Shown one piece after another: positions 1 to 21,024 of a DNA stretch of 64,000 nt; the stretch's first letter is position 1, and each line of letters starts with the position of its first letter. The translations under genes were made by a program, and so were the position numbers. The DNA is from Utricularia gibba (taxonomy: Eukaryota; Plantae; Magnoliophyta): positions 434,001 through 498,000 of the forward strand of contig NEEC01000012.1 of assembly GCA_002189035.1 (NCBI GenBank), written 5' to 3'. Below the pieces are notes generated by a model, which saw nothing but the letters and a program-made list of their open reading frames with translations, did no database searches and was not told the DNA's origin.

Positions 1-926
1 CCCCAAGTTTTTCCATGCATGTCATCAAGAATGGGGATAAATGATTGAAGAAGAGACACCCAAGTGTGCTATTAAGAGCATGTCATCAACATGGAAAAAG
101 AGATAAACAATTACATGTGGAGAGTGATGAATGAAAAAAGAAGATTCAGTAAGACTGCACTAAAAGTCAATGCTGAGGAAGAAAGGAGTTGAACTTTTCA
201 AATCAAGCATGATGGGTTTGCTTGAGATCATATAAAGATTTTTGAAGCTTGCAAACATGTGAGGAGAGGTGAGGATCAAACATAACAGGGGATTGAACCA
301 TGTAAATGGTTTTCCAAAGATTACCGTGAAATAAGACATTTTTTTATATCAAGTGAACAAAGAGGCTGTCGATGCTGAAGAAAACTATTGAAAACAAAGT
401 GAGTGTTAGTATGTTGAATCACGGTAAAGAAAGTTTATGTATAATCAATACCATCAACTTGATTATATTATTTAAGAGTGATTAAGCAAGTTTTAAGACG
501 ATCAAATTAACCATCGAGTTTGTTATGTTTTCCAAGTTGAAAACTATAGCAAAATTTGAGTAGAGCCAGAAATTCAAATTATTTTTTTTTTTTTTTGCAA
601 ATGAGGAATAGTAACAATATAAGAACAACTATAATATGGAATGTTTTAATAGAACGAATATTAAGATAATACTTAGAAAAGGAAGAACCTACATAGATGT
701 CACCCCTTTGTTTTTCTGTGATTAGAACTTTCCCTATCCAGCGATTCTTATGTTTGATTTTTGGATGATTTTTTATTCTTTTGCTGAAGTCTAAAAGAAA
801 TAAGATTTTTATGTGTTTGAAAAGGTTAATTTTAGACAGGACGAAACGACTGGAATGGTGACCATAAATTCATACCAGTTGAAACGGTGTCGTTTATTGG
901 CCAAATCACGACTCAGAGGCCAGCAC

Positions 927-944
927 CTCTCTCTCTCTCTCTCT
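927..944. repeat. (CT)9 microsatellite upstream of DRP2
   Basis: ctctctctctctctctct read directly, about 200 nt before the DRP2 ATG. Confidence 0.9.
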
Positions 945-1144
945 TTCAAACGTCTCTTGATTTTGTTTTCAAAACTTCCTCACCCTAATTAGCTGTACGA
1001 TTTTCGTCGGCAACGCACAGTTAGATCTTCTTTTTACTGCCTCTATTTCATTCAAATTGGATCTGTAGAAACCTCTATTTGGATCTGGGTTTGCGCCTCC
1101 CAATCCTTCTGGTGAAATACGCGTTGATTTGCTGATACGGCACC

Positions 1145-6638
<5,494 letters not shown>

Positions 6639-8745
6639 TTTAGATGGGGGGTATTTTTTGACGGGGGCGATTGCACACCATCAGGGTCCGGGGTGAATGG
6701 AATTTATATACACATGTGTAGATATATGTATCCTGTGATTACTTCTGTGCATGGCACTGGTTGCCCTTACCCTTCTTGCGGACTCGAAAAAGCCTTGTGG
6801 GAGCTTCATTTCAGCCTTTACGACGATGGTTATTATTGATTTTTTTTTATCAAGTTTCTGATTGTTTGGCACGCCAATTTGTGGTGCACAAGTTCGCTTG
6901 CTATGACTAATATTAACTTGGTGTAGTGTTATGAAAATGTTTTCAAAACGCGGTTTCAATTTAAAGTTAGTTTTTTTTGAATTCATGAATAAATACTATT
7001 TGTTTGAATAATAATTTTATTTTTAAAATGTTTTAATATATAATAAAAGACTATTGATTTTGATTTAATTTATAAAATGGATATGATTTACATTCATGAT
7101 TAAATTGAAAAATTAGTTCAATTCATTTCCAAACCATGAATTTTATGTTATTAACTTATTTTATTTTTATTTAAAATTGTTGGTTTATGTAAATTGTATA
7201 TTAATGTAGAGTTTCATATATAAATGGATTGATCTTTTAAATTATTTAATCATGAGGTAATCATCATTGCCAACTTAATGTGGCGTATAGTGCATGTTTA
7301 TGATACATCTAGGAACATTAATATACCAATTCTTAAAACTTTAAATTTATTTTCTTAATATATCATACACAAATGAATAATAATTTTTTTGTGATTAGGA
7401 ATAAAATTTGTGTTACTATTTCATATTTTCATGAATTTTTTATTTTCTTACTCAAAGTGCCATAGTGCACAATCTTACAATATCTTTGATATCTTCAATA
7501 TGATGTTGGAAAAAGTTATGAGTTTGAAATTTGAGATTTCTTGTATATAATTTTTCTTATAAAATCAGTATAAATATAGAATGATAAGAAATATAACACA
7601 CCTAAATTAGTATATTTAACTTGTAAATTAAAATATTGATATATACATACAAAATTTGATATTTTCAAGCAGATATCAATAAGATTGTACATTTTTAATT
7701 TTATTTATCTTACGAAATAATGTATTTAAATATAACATTGTCTAGAAACCTTAAAATGATTAAACCCGAAAAATGATATAAATGAATATAGAAAGGATTG
7801 ACGATCTTGCATTAGGTAGTAATTTCATTTTAATAACCTAATATATATTTATCTAAATACAAATTCGATAGAACAATCACCCCTAATAATGATAAAAATG
7901 TCATACCAATAAAATTTTATCACATCATGTTAAAGTATAATATTTTAAAAACATCTAAAAAGTAAAATACATCATAATACCTAATAATACCTTGCAAAAG
8001 TATAATCAATTAACACTTGATAAAACTTTCAAATTTACTAAAAATAAAAATAAAATGATAAAATCAATTAGATAATATAACAATATACGAAAAAAAAGAA
8101 AATTTCATGAGATAATAACATTCAATTCTTAATAACTAATGTAGTATATCGTTATTAAACTCCTTGCCTTATATTTTCATCTACTTAGCCATTTAATGTT
8201 CTTCATAATTATTTTATCTTATCATTGATATGTCTCTGAATTTAATTTTTTACTAAACATTACAACTCATATTCTTGTTATACAATATTATTCATTTTAT
8301 ACACTTAACTTTTAAGATTTAACATATACTGTTTTGAGAAAAAAAAAAAGTCTATTTTATTATTAAAATCTATAATTAAGTATTTTTATTCTAAAAAATA
8401 CTATATTATTTTAAAAGGTGTTACTTCTTTCTATAAATTGAGATTTAACTCATTTGTATTGCATTGGAAATATTAAGAATATGACTAAATTGATGATACA
8501 AGCATTTTATAATGAAATCTTTTTCAAAGATATATCAAACTATATTTCATATACTATAAATTCAATATATGTTTTAAAAATTAATTATATAAAAATATTT
8601 AAAAATTTAATTGAATACATAAAACAATATCTTAATTTAAAAGTATCTAATATTTGAATAACTGAAAATTTTATGATATACAATTAAATAAAATCAAATA
8701 TTTAATTGGTTCTTATCTATAATTTAAACGATATATATTAAATAC

Positions 8746-9145
8746 TAGAGATGAACAATCATCCAACTCATCGATGGATTAAACCCATCGGGTCAACATT
8801 AAAATTGCAACTTGGCAGATACGGGTTAATAGATCATTATGTTACACTCAAATCATTACACAATTTATATATATTAACATAAATTAAGCTGAATTTTTAA
8901 GTACTAAATCAATTTGGATGGGATTTTCAACTCAATTGATAATATATGTATACTATAAACTTGTTATATATTAGACTCAAATCATTATATAATTTATGTA
9001 TATAATCTCAATTTATATATATTAGCACGAATTATATATATGTATATCATGAACGCATCATATACCCAATTTTTAAAATTTCAAAATAACTAGTCCAACT
9101 AATCGGATAGATATAAGAGTTGACATGCATTCATACTCATCTCTA
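8746..9145. mobile_element. Non-autonomous hAT-like MITE, 400 bp
   Basis: Ends TAGAGATGAA / CTCATCTCTA (inverted, 9/10 match); flanks ATTAAATAC (8737-8745) and ATTAAACAC (9146-9154) match 8/9; internal CGGGT/ACCC subterminal-type motifs. Confidence 0.55.
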
Positions 9146-11617
9146 ATTAAACACAAATATATTAATTTACACATAGATTTATTACATATTCTTTATTTTT
9201 TTAAAGCATATGAGATATTTTTTTTTAATTTTTATAACTAAAAATGAATGTGAGAGAGACAATAAGATTCATGAGAGGTTCAAACAATAACAACAATTAA
9301 TGCATATATTCATATTTACATGAACTGTATGTGACATTATTTCAGTATACTTAAAAAATTGTTTATTTTAATAATGAAGTGATTTGAATAATTTTCATAA
9401 TGAAATATTTTTTCTAAACATTATTTTAAGATAACTGTAAATGCACAATCAAACAAGATTACCATATATTAGAGAAAATGATGTTCATATGAATTATTAT
9501 CTTGAAAATAACAAATTTGAGATTCCATTTATATCGACATTGTAGAAAAAGAACTAAGTAATGAATCAACACCTTAATTACCAAATCATCTAAGTATTCA
9601 TATACTTGATTATCATTTTGAAACTTATAAATTAATATTATACAAATGGACTAATCATTGATGGATTGGATAGGAAGTTAGAATTAATATTGATAATACT
9701 ACTCATTTTTCAGTAAACGATAATCAGTTTATTTGAAATGATTCTATAAACATTCAACTTGAGTTGTATTCTCATGATACCCAAACAATAAATATAATTT
9801 TCAAATAAATAGAATATAATTGATGTTGTTTCGGATTTTTATCAAAATAAACATTTATTAATTTTTTTTCAAATAGTACTATTTCACAATCATTAGTAAA
9901 ATCGCTCAATTTTATGTGATTATCAATAAAATATCTCTATTATTATATTTGATAATATTCGTGATGAGTTTACGATCATATTCGTTCCGAACTCTACACA
10001 TATGCGATATTAGGTATGTATTAGTTTGTTATCATATAAATGCCTTAATTTAATTTATTGCATCTCAATTGAAAGTCAAGCTAATGAACACTTACAATAA
10101 TTTATAATATGAACGCATCTATTACTCAAAATTGAAATTATGACATTATATACTAATATGAATGCGTATACATATGAGTTGTAACATAATTCATGAAAGT
10201 TATCAATAAAAAAAATTTTTACATATAAAAATAAGATGTACAAATAGAAAAAATATATAAATCGTATTTTATGCGATACCTATTAACTTTAATGAAAATA
10301 GCAAAAATATACGATATGCGAATTATCGATTTATTCTAATTGGTGAATCCCGTGCAAAAGTTGCACAGGTGCAATGAATTCAATGCAGATTCAACATAGG
10401 ACCGAGTTAAATCACGATTACACAAAATCATGATTCACATGACTAGCCCGATTATTTATTGGATCATATTGACCCTACTCGATCCACTATCTATTACATA
10501 ATGAATAAAAATTTTTGCAAAAAATATTAAATATTAATATATATTTTAACAATTTAAAAGTATTATATAAATTATTAATTCGTATTATCTATACTAAAAA
10601 TAAAATAATGTATATAAATGAATTTAAATTATTTAAAATTAAAAATAATTATAATTATCATATATAAAAACTTTATTTTTAAATCGATCGTAGTCCCATC
10701 ATATTTTAAGACCGAAACCCCAATTAACCTTAAGTTTTTAGGGTTTCGAACTAAAAAATTTAATAATATTTTAGGTCATCAATGTATAGACTCAAGTATG
10801 ATATTTTTTAAAAATAAAATAATAGTTGTAAAAACAAATTGACCTAATTGTATCAAGATATATGACCACTTCATTGGAACTCACCATACTTTCCTTATAA
10901 AAAGAATCAATTTTTCATAAGGACGAATCAACTTAATATGTTTATATGCATGTATTATTATTGGTTATCTATATTTAAAATTGATATCTCAAATTAGATG
11001 GCAATGAAACCGATTGGTTATAAAATCGTGTTTGATTGGTGAAACACTAATTAATATCAAAATATTACATTTTCTTTAAAAAAAATTGTATTAAATATTA
11101 TTAATATATGAATTATTAATATCAAATATTACTAACATAATTAATAAATTGAATTTCTAATAATCACTAATATGATAATAAATCTTGAAATCTTAATTCT
11201 AGTCAATAATGAAAATCACATTCGTCATAAGTTATATATATAATTTTTTTTTGTATACACAAAATAATATAAAACTCATTACCTAAAATACATTGTAATT
11301 GTTTTCGACAAATTGTAATTGTAGTTGTAATGACACAAAGATCTAATCGAAATAACTTTTGAAGCAAGGTTTTTGACAAAAATAAAAAACTATCATATTG
11401 TATCTACACTTTTTAACCTAAATTAACCAATTAAACTGGCCCGTTAACCAGCGGAGTTTAAAAAAACATGGGGTGTCACTCAACGAGGGTATTTTAGAAT
11501 AATAAAATCACTTAAACTCCAAAAACAAAGACGAATTCCCCTGTTCGGTGAAGCAATAAGGCACACTGAGTGCAAATTTCAGAAAAAGTGAAAACGATGA
11601 AGGTTGGGAGGATATAA

Positions 11618-13164
<1,547 letters not shown>

Positions 13165-13202
13165 CGTCACTAGTCCTGGGGGCACGACTAACAGCATCCC
13201 CG

Positions 13203-13289
13203 AAACCCTACCCGGCATATATAGAAAAGGAAACCTAACTGGCACAAACGGGCCGGTAAGTGATATGAGGCCCAACTTGAATGTGGGCC
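13203..13289 (-). promoter_or_regulatory. Telo-box plus site II motifs upstream of RPL6
   Basis: AAACCCTA at 13203-13210, GGCCCA at 13269-13274, TGGGCC at 13284-13289; the usual module of plant ribosomal-protein and snoRNA promoters. Confidence 0.75.
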
Positions 13290-14119
13290 AGAGCATGAGC
13301 AAATATCTCCCTCATTTCCTTATTTGTAATCCAGCCCATTTACGTATCTCAAATATTTAGCTTTTTCTTGCTTCCAAAATTCTCCTTAAATAATTCTGAA
13401 TTTGAAAATTTAATATCATATTATATAGTAAAAAATATTCAACATAATAAAATTTAATTCTAAATTTTCAAAATAATTGATTATTACATTTTTCATCGTT
13501 AATAAAAAAAAATAGTTATTTTATTAGAAAAAATATTCAAAGTTGATATGAATAAATGATGATGAAACACAAACAATATTATCAAATTATAAAATAATAA
13601 GATTAAATATATTAGATTTTTAAATATTAAAAATTAACTATAGTTGATATTTAAATATTATAGATAAAAATTATTAAAATAAAAAAATTGAAAAAAAAAT
13701 AAAAATTAAAAATGTTTTATACATGAAATTTGATAACTAAATATATTTAATACATCAAAATTTGAGAAATAAGTGCATTAATTAAAATAAATCATATCAT
13801 TTTTATTAATATTGAAAATTAATCATGACAATATTAATAATGAGGATGTTAAGTAAAAAACAAATGCTATTTTTCTCAAAGCATTTAATTTAAGAAAGAA
13901 TCAAATAAAAAGACAGACACACCCTCCTTCTGTGAAAAGAGTCTTAATATCCATTACTAAATTATCGAAAGCAGCAATTTCAACTCTATCCCAGTGATGG
14001 TTTTTCAAAAGCCAAGAACCAGCGTGAGAAGCATCAAGGGCAGCAGCTGCCAAGTCGACACACAGGTGCCATGGCATATGGCAGAGGCACATGAATGAGT
14101 GCCCCCAAAAAAGCTGGAC

Positions 14120-14554
14120 TCATTCCTTAGCCTGCAAGTAGTTGAAAGTAAATTCGGTACCACAAGAATGAGGCATGAAGATGGGAAAATGTTGCATTTC
14201 TCAACATACAAAACATGAGCAAGCTGAATGCAAAGAATGCGGACTCTATGTTCTTAATTGCATTCTCGCTTTCATTGACATGAGAATGCGGTGTATGGTA
14301 TAAGGAGATAGGGGTGGAAATTGAGAGTCGAGGAAGCCTTTGCAAGAATAGACACAAATCAGAGAAGTTACCATTCGAAATATGCTGGCTCTCTGGAAAG
14401 GAGCATCATTCTGATGTACACATGAGTTACATTAGCATGAGCATATCAGATGTTTTTGGTAAGAAATGGATTTTCCGGTCACAAGCAGAGTATGCAGAAG
14501 CGATGCCAATCCCAGCCCCCAATGCCACAGATGCCCAACGGGTCACTGGACTTC
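14120..14554 (-). pseudogene. MIC10: MICOS subunit MIC10 (DUF543) remnant lacking exon 1
   Basis: 14554-14440 encodes SPVTRWASVALGAGIGIASAYSACDRK, matching recalled plant MIC10 RSPVTRWASVAFGAGIGIGSAY; the position expected to be the acceptor AG reads GG (14556-14555); possible short last exon cag|GCT AAG GAA TGA at 14131-14120; no 5' exon found. Confidence 0.6.
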
Positions 14555-16133
14555 CCATAAAGGGATCACGCATGCTAATCAAATGAAACCACCAAAACTT
14601 CAAAAGTTAAGAGCATCTGTATTTCGAAAAGGAAAAACATGTTCCTAAAACTTGGAATCTGCAATGAGAAACTCAACTGCATAAACAGGAAAAAATATGC
14701 TTTGAAGTAGACGTAAGCCACAAGACTAAATCGAAAGAGGCCATGAGAAACTGGAAATTGTAGGTATTTGACGGAAATCAAGAAACTAGTGAGAAACACG
14801 TTATTACGTTTGAAAATGAATTGGGGTTGAAGATAAAAGTTCAAATAAATTGGATTTAGACACCGAAGATTTCTAAGGAACTATATTGAACTCTTAAGGC
14901 ATGTTTGTAGAAAGTGTAGGATTGTGTTGTATTAAATAATACATCATAATTATTAATTTGATGTATAAAATTATATAACACTATGGATTATATATCCTAA
15001 CAAATTTCTTATTTAACAAATTATTTATAGTAAAACACAAGCTTATGTGCTACATGAATTTGTTAATTCCATCATAATAAAAGATAATAACATTCTTTCA
15101 TTTTACAAAAAAGTTTCATTCCAATAATCATATTTATCCCATCTTTTTTTTTGTCAATAAATTAAAGTTAATTCTTTTATTGACCTCACATTTTTTCGTA
15201 TGTAGTTAAAGAATTCAAAATTTGATGGCACAGAATGGAAGTAGCAAATGGAAATAAAATATCAAGATTAGTAAAGGAAAATGATGTTCATAATCACTTT
15301 TTGAAAAAAAAATTATTATTTCAAACTATGAATATGATTATTTATATCAAATGAAAATCTAAAAATGAGTTTAAATCAGGTTATAATACAAATATATATA
15401 AAAAATATTTTTAAATTATACATTTTTAAAATATAATTATTAATAAATATGAATAAATATATTTTCATTTAATTATAAAAATTTATTTTCATTTTTTGAT
15501 ATTCCAAGCATAAATTAATTTTTTATAATAATTATTAATAAAAAATAATTTCAAACATATAACAATTACTTTTTACTTTTATTAAAATCAATTTTAAAGG
15601 GTTTTTTTAAAAAAAAAAATACCCTCCCTTCCTTTCCCCCACATATACGATGGTCTGGAATTCGTTATTTGTCGGGCCTCAATCCTCATCAATGCCCAGT
15701 ATCGGCTGGCCTGGGACTCGTGTGTTATTACTGGGCTGTCGAAGGATCAGCTAAGCCAACTTTCATTCTATTGCTCTCTTCGCTGTTCACAGTGCCGAAC
15801 GCCGAATACCTTCTTTAGAACAATAACAAATGATGGTTATTTATCAATCATTTTCAAAACAAAAAATCGCACTATTCAGATAATAAAAAATTAGTCACCA
15901 AATCGTTTGATAGACATATGAGAAATCTCTCAAGAGCGAAGACTCCAACGAGTAGCGCCTCGATCCTTCTATTTCCACTTCCGCCCCGTAGAGAAACCCT
16001 AACAGGGAACGATTCCAATTCCTTTTTTTCGTTCATCGGGAATTCCTTCAAGATTGATCCCTGCATAAAACTCCGGTGGATTGGAAGACTCGAAGACAGG
16101 ACTGGAAAACAAAGAGTCCGTGAATTCCCCCAC

Positions 16134-16523
16134 ATGTGGAGGTGGTGCGACCTCCCAAGCGAGAGCTTGCCCTTAATTAACAAGGACAAGAACGACGCCG
16201 ATCGCGATTCCTTCCCCGCCATCGGCACGTCGACGAAATATTGGATCGGACGTCGGCGGTGGAGGAACTTGTTTCTTATTTTGTGCCTCCCTGTTCTTCT
16301 GCCTGTGATCTGCGTTGCGCTCCCGATTGCATTCGCAGTTAAATTCTACGCGCTGTTCTGCCGCAAGGCACGGATCGAGGTTTCGGCGGACGGTTGCGGC
16401 GCCGGAGAGGCGCCAGGAGATGACGAAGTGGGGCTGCTGCAGAGGTATCTGGAAGATCAATTACTCCTCGTAGTCGTCGATCAATCGGAACAGGGGTTAG
16501 GCGAAAACGCCGAGGTCGATTAG
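16134..16523 (+). CDS. Uncharacterised plant membrane protein, single exon, about 129 aa (ORF open from 15918)
   Basis: GC-rich ORF with hydrophobic LFLILCLPVLLPVICVALPIAFAV followed by LLQRYLEDQLLLV, a motif I recall from an uncharacterised plant family; start at 16134 is inferred. Confidence 0.7.
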   Translation: MWRWCDLPSESLPLINKDKNDADRDSFPAIGTSTKYWIGRRRWRNLFLILCLPVLLPVICVALPIAFAVKFYALFCRKARIEVSADGCGAGEAPGDDEVGLLQRYLEDQLLLVVVDQSEQGLGENAEVD

Positions 16524-17031
16524 TGATTGCTTAGTTCCTTGGGGCCCCTCTGCAATTAGGCGATTTTTTTAATTATTTTGTTCCCAGTTTTTAGTGGAAT
16601 CATTTTCTTATGTTGTGTGATACCCCCATTTTTATTATTTTTGGGTTACCTTTTTTTTTTATCTACTTTTCTCAATAAATGTTTTGGAAATCTCTAGAAA
16701 AATAGATTAAAATCCTGTAACAACGATTCTCTGGGTCTTCTTATATTTTGTGTTTTTTATGAGATTTAAGTAACATTAACAAGTTGACGATGTATTTATA
16801 GAAAATAATGAGGAGATGAGCATGTGATAACATGGAACAAAAAAACAAAGTATTCACAATACACAAGGAAAGACTTCATTATAGATTACAAGAAACCATT
16901 GGGAATTTTGCCTCCCTTGATGCAGGAATAGTTTATCACTCGTTGACATACGATGTTATAACATATTTTATATAAGATGAACAAGGGAATCAAAGAGACC
17001 ACAACCTTAATGCTCAACAGAAAAACTATAA

Positions 17032-17255
17032 GGGGCTGTTTGGTTGGTGTATTTAGGTATTAATAAGTTTAAATTCTTTGAGTTTAAATAAACTCAAATA
17101 TGAGTATAAAAATATCTATACACTTTCTTGGATATTATATAGATATAATGATGATTATATCCATATATATTTTATAATTATAACCACATATCAAACAACA
17201 CAATTTTATTAAACTCATCATAAACTAATCTTTTAACTTCATATCAAACAAGACT
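17032..17255. mobile_element. Degenerate Tourist/PIF-like MITE
   Basis: TAA|GGGGCTGTTTGGT ... ATCAAACAAGACT|TAA; TAA on both sides, inverted ends match 8/13. Confidence 0.4.
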
Positions 17256-17367
17256 TAAGTACAATATACGAAAACACACATTACCCAAAAAAAATTTATA
17301 GTCAAATAAAGAACATATTAGCCATAAATGTGTATTGTATTAATATGTTTAAATATAGTGTAATTAA

Positions 17368-17375
<8 letters not shown>

Positions 17376-17400
<25 letters not shown>
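17376..17400. repeat. (AT)n microsatellite
   Basis: Run of about 12 AT units. Confidence 0.9.
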
Positions 17401-17404
<4 letters not shown>

Positions 17405-17901
17405 ATTATATATAATGTTTTATATTCAAAAATATACATTTAAATATTTAAATAATATAAATATAATTAATCATCAATTTTCTTCATTTATATCTATCAC
17501 TCATACATTTAAAAAATTAGAATGTAAATGGAATAGTCATACAAGTTTAATATAAATATACTAGTTAATCAAGCCACAGTATACGTATAAATTTAAATAT
17601 AAACCTTTTATATCAAATTATCAAACATACTCTAAAAAATGTGCAACATCAAGAGTTGGGATGTTCGGTGATTTAAGCAGCGCGCATTCGCTTGGACTGG
17701 GCCGGTGTCATTTTAAAAGCAATACGGGCCTTCACTGGTTCGGCCCATTACTACTCCATTCACACGCCTGCTTAATTCTAATTTGTAGGTAGGCTTAGCT
17801 TTGCGTTCGTTGAGCTTCAGATCTGAATCCAACACTTGTTCCGGTGTCGTTTTGGCCGTCCTTCCTGATTCAGATCCGAAGGCCATTTGCTTCCAGGCTA
17901 G

Positions 17902-20900
17902 ATGGACACGGCCCTGAGAGTTTGCTGCTGCGTCGTGTTATTTGCGTCGCTCTTTGCTTGCGGGTTCGCCAAGGTGAACTAGTTTGATTCGTTGATTCAG
18001 GATATCTTTACTTGGTTTAGTTGGGTATGCAGTTAATGGTGGATTTTGATGGTTGGTTCTTTTTTGGTGTACTGGATGCGGTTCTGAATTCGATTATGTG
18101 TTCTTTTTTTTTTTTTAGATTTACTTGCAACTTGGGGTTCGTTTGTTAGGATAATGTACGGTTAGCAAGTCTAATTGGCTTCGGGAAACTCGAGAAGAAC
18201 TGATCTTTTTGCTAATACATTTTTCCCTGCTTCTGTTGCCATTTGTTTGTGTATTTCACAAATAGTGGCTCATTGACCGTGGATTTTGTTGGTTATTGTC
18301 TACCTCTCCCCCAGCATCGTCATCCATAACTATAATGCGTTCTTTTCTGTTGTTAATCAACGTTTGTTGTTTCATTTTATATGAATATGGTTCAAGCTGT
18401 TCGTACACCCGACACACTTTTTGGAGAAACGCTCATGTCTATATTTTCTGCAGTACCAAGATGGTGAGAAGGTTACTTTATGGGTAAATAAGGTTGGGCC
18501 GTATAACAATCCCCAAGAAACCTACAATTACTACACCCTTCCGTTTTGTCGCCCATCCGGTACTGCAGCTCACAAGTGGGGTGGGCTTGGAGAGGTCCTT
18601 GGAGGCAACGAGCTTATAGACAGCCAAATCGACATAAAGTTTAAAAGTGATAGCTTGCTGCCCACTACTGACAATAATATTTTTGCGATATTAGTTTGCG
18701 TTAGTTGATAAATTTACTCTTTGTAGGGGATGTGGAGAAAACAAGTATTTGTGAAATTGAATTGGATGCTGAGAAGGTTAAGCAATTTAAAGATGCAATT
18801 GACTATTCATACTGGTTTGAATTTTTTATGGGTATGTTTATTAGGACTCCTGTTAACGAGTTTGATCTTGTCCACATCTAATGCTCTCTTTGATCTTTTT
18901 TTTGCTTCATGCTTGGTTGTCTCCAGATGATCTGCCACTATGGGGTAAGTGTAAATACATATAAAATGTTTAGAACTTGAATGTTTTTTGTTGACTGTGA
19001 CGACTCTCTATTGAATTGTTAATTTCCTTCCAAAGGTTTCATTGGTGAGGCGATTTCAGATAAGGGCCACGACCCCAGGCATGTTCTATGGACTCACAAG
19101 AACCTTCTTGTTAACTACAATGACAACCAGGTTTGAACAGAAAATGACAGTTATGTCCCATTCATAGCATTTAATCTGTTTTTAATTCTTTGAGTATCTC
19201 TTTATGTAGATAATTCACGTCAATCTTACTCAAGAGAGTCCTAAGCAAATTGAGGAAGGGCGGGTGTTGGAGATGACATACTCAGTGAAATGGGCCCGAA
19301 CCAACACTACATTTGCACGCCGTTTTGATGTTTACCTGGACTATCCCTTTTTTGAGCATCAGGTGACTTAATGGAATGTGTGCTGACTCAATGATTTTCC
19401 TTGGTTTTTACAACTTTTCACTGGATTATACAGTAGACTGATAAAAGAATACAATTCTGCAGATCCACTGGTTCTCTGTTTTTAATTCGTTCATGATGGT
19501 AATATTCCTTACGGGGCTGGTTTCTATGATATTAATGCGCACCCTTCGAAATGATTATGCAAAATATGCTCGGGAAGATGATGAACTTGACAATCTGGTA
19601 AGGTTTCGGGGGATTTTGTTCAATGATGTGTTCTTAGAGTTCTTATAGCAATGGGAGAATATAGAGGCCCCTTCTTAGCTTGGCTACATTTTTCATTCAT
19701 GTATAGGAGCGAGATGTGAATGAGGAATCTGGTTGGAAGCTTGTTCATGGTGATGTGTTTAGGCCTCCAGTTAATCTAGCTTTGCTTTCAGCTCTTGTTG
19801 GAACTGGTGCCCAGTTATCAACTCTTGTTCTTCTTGTGATCATTACAGCAATTGTAGGAATGCTTTACATAGGGTATGCCAAACAGCTTATACTGATTGA
19901 TTTCTTCAGAATTGATTGGTTTGCAGTAGTTCCCTAAACTTTTTGTGAATTTGATTTTGGAACCCAGGAGAGGAGCAATTATTACAGCCTTTATTATATG
20001 CTATGCTTTTACGTCGTTTATTGCTGGATATGTGAGTGGTGGCATGTACTCCCGCAATGGAGGTATTTATGGTGACCTGAACAGTGTTTGATTACTTGGG
20101 CATTCCCTGTAAATGATTTTTTTGTGGTGTTACCATAGGTAAAAAGTGGATACCAGCAATGATCCTTACGGCATCACTCTTTCCTTTCATGTGCTTTGGC
20201 ATTGGGTTCATCCTAAACACAATAGCTATTTTCTATGGATCTCTAGCCGCTATTCCTTTTGGCACAATGGTAGTTGTTTTTATTATTTGGGCCTTTATTT
20301 CTTTTCCTCTGGCCCTTCTTGGAACTGTTGTTGGAAGAAATTGGAATGGCATCCCTAACAATCCTTGCCGAGTGAAGACCATCCCTCGCCCTATACCGGA
20401 GAAGAAATGGTATCTCAAACCCTCAGTTATCTCTATAATGGGAGGCTTGCTTCCCTTTGGTAGCATTTTCATTGAGATGTATTTCGTCTTCACGTCCTTC
20501 TGGAACTACAAGGTGATGCTCATGCCATCTTCAACAAATGATATTTATTGCTCTCCATAGGTTCTAATCTAGATTCTGCTTCTCCTTCCCCTCAACAGGT
20601 TTACTACGTGTATGGATTCATGCTTCTCGTGTTTGTGATTCTAATCATCGTGACAGTATGCGTGACGATTGTTGGGACGTATTTTCTGCTGAATGCTGAG
20701 AATTACCACTGGCAGTGGACTTCATTCTTCTCTGCTGCATCCACTGCTGTCTATGTTTTCTTCTACTCGATATACTACTATTACTTGAAGACAAAGATGT
20801 CGGGGTTTTTCCAAACGAGCTTTTACTTCGGATACACCACGATGTTCTGCCTTGGTTTGGGAATTCTTTGTGGTAAGTTCATTCTCACTGTGTGAATTCT

Positions 20901-21024
20901 TCATTTACCTTAGGTTATGAGTTCCCACAGCTGACTCCCGATCTGGGGATTCTCAGGTGCCATTGGCTATCTGGGCTCGAATTATTTCGTCCGGAAAATA
21001 TACAGAAACATCAAACTTGACTGA
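17902..21024 (+). CDS. TMN1: Transmembrane 9 superfamily member 1 (EMP70/TM9SF3-like), multi-exon
   Basis: Signal-peptide exon 17902-17973; [32 protein letters not shown]; [18 protein letters not shown]; C-terminus [10 protein letters not shown] with KxD Golgi-retention motif, TGA 21022-21024. Confidence 0.95.

Noticed and set aside
1-560. Purine-rich segment with faint Copia RT-like words
   Set aside because: Too degenerate to support a call without a search.
10349-10369. Imperfect hairpin CCCGTGCA...TGCACAGG resembling a Helitron 3' end
   Set aside because: No CTAG terminus follows and no clear 5' partner or coding remnant.
6960-11400. Short ORFs in the AT-rich spacer (8454-8657, 10618-10842)
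   Set aside because: Low-complexity Ile/Lys/Asn-rich translations typical of non-coding AT-rich DNA.
14887-15020. TAA-GGCATGTTTG Tourist-like left end
   Set aside because: No convincing right TIR.
15918-16133. 72-codon N-terminal extension of the 16134 ORF
   Set aside because: Contains a telo-box and leader-like composition; probably 5' UTR, although not excluded.
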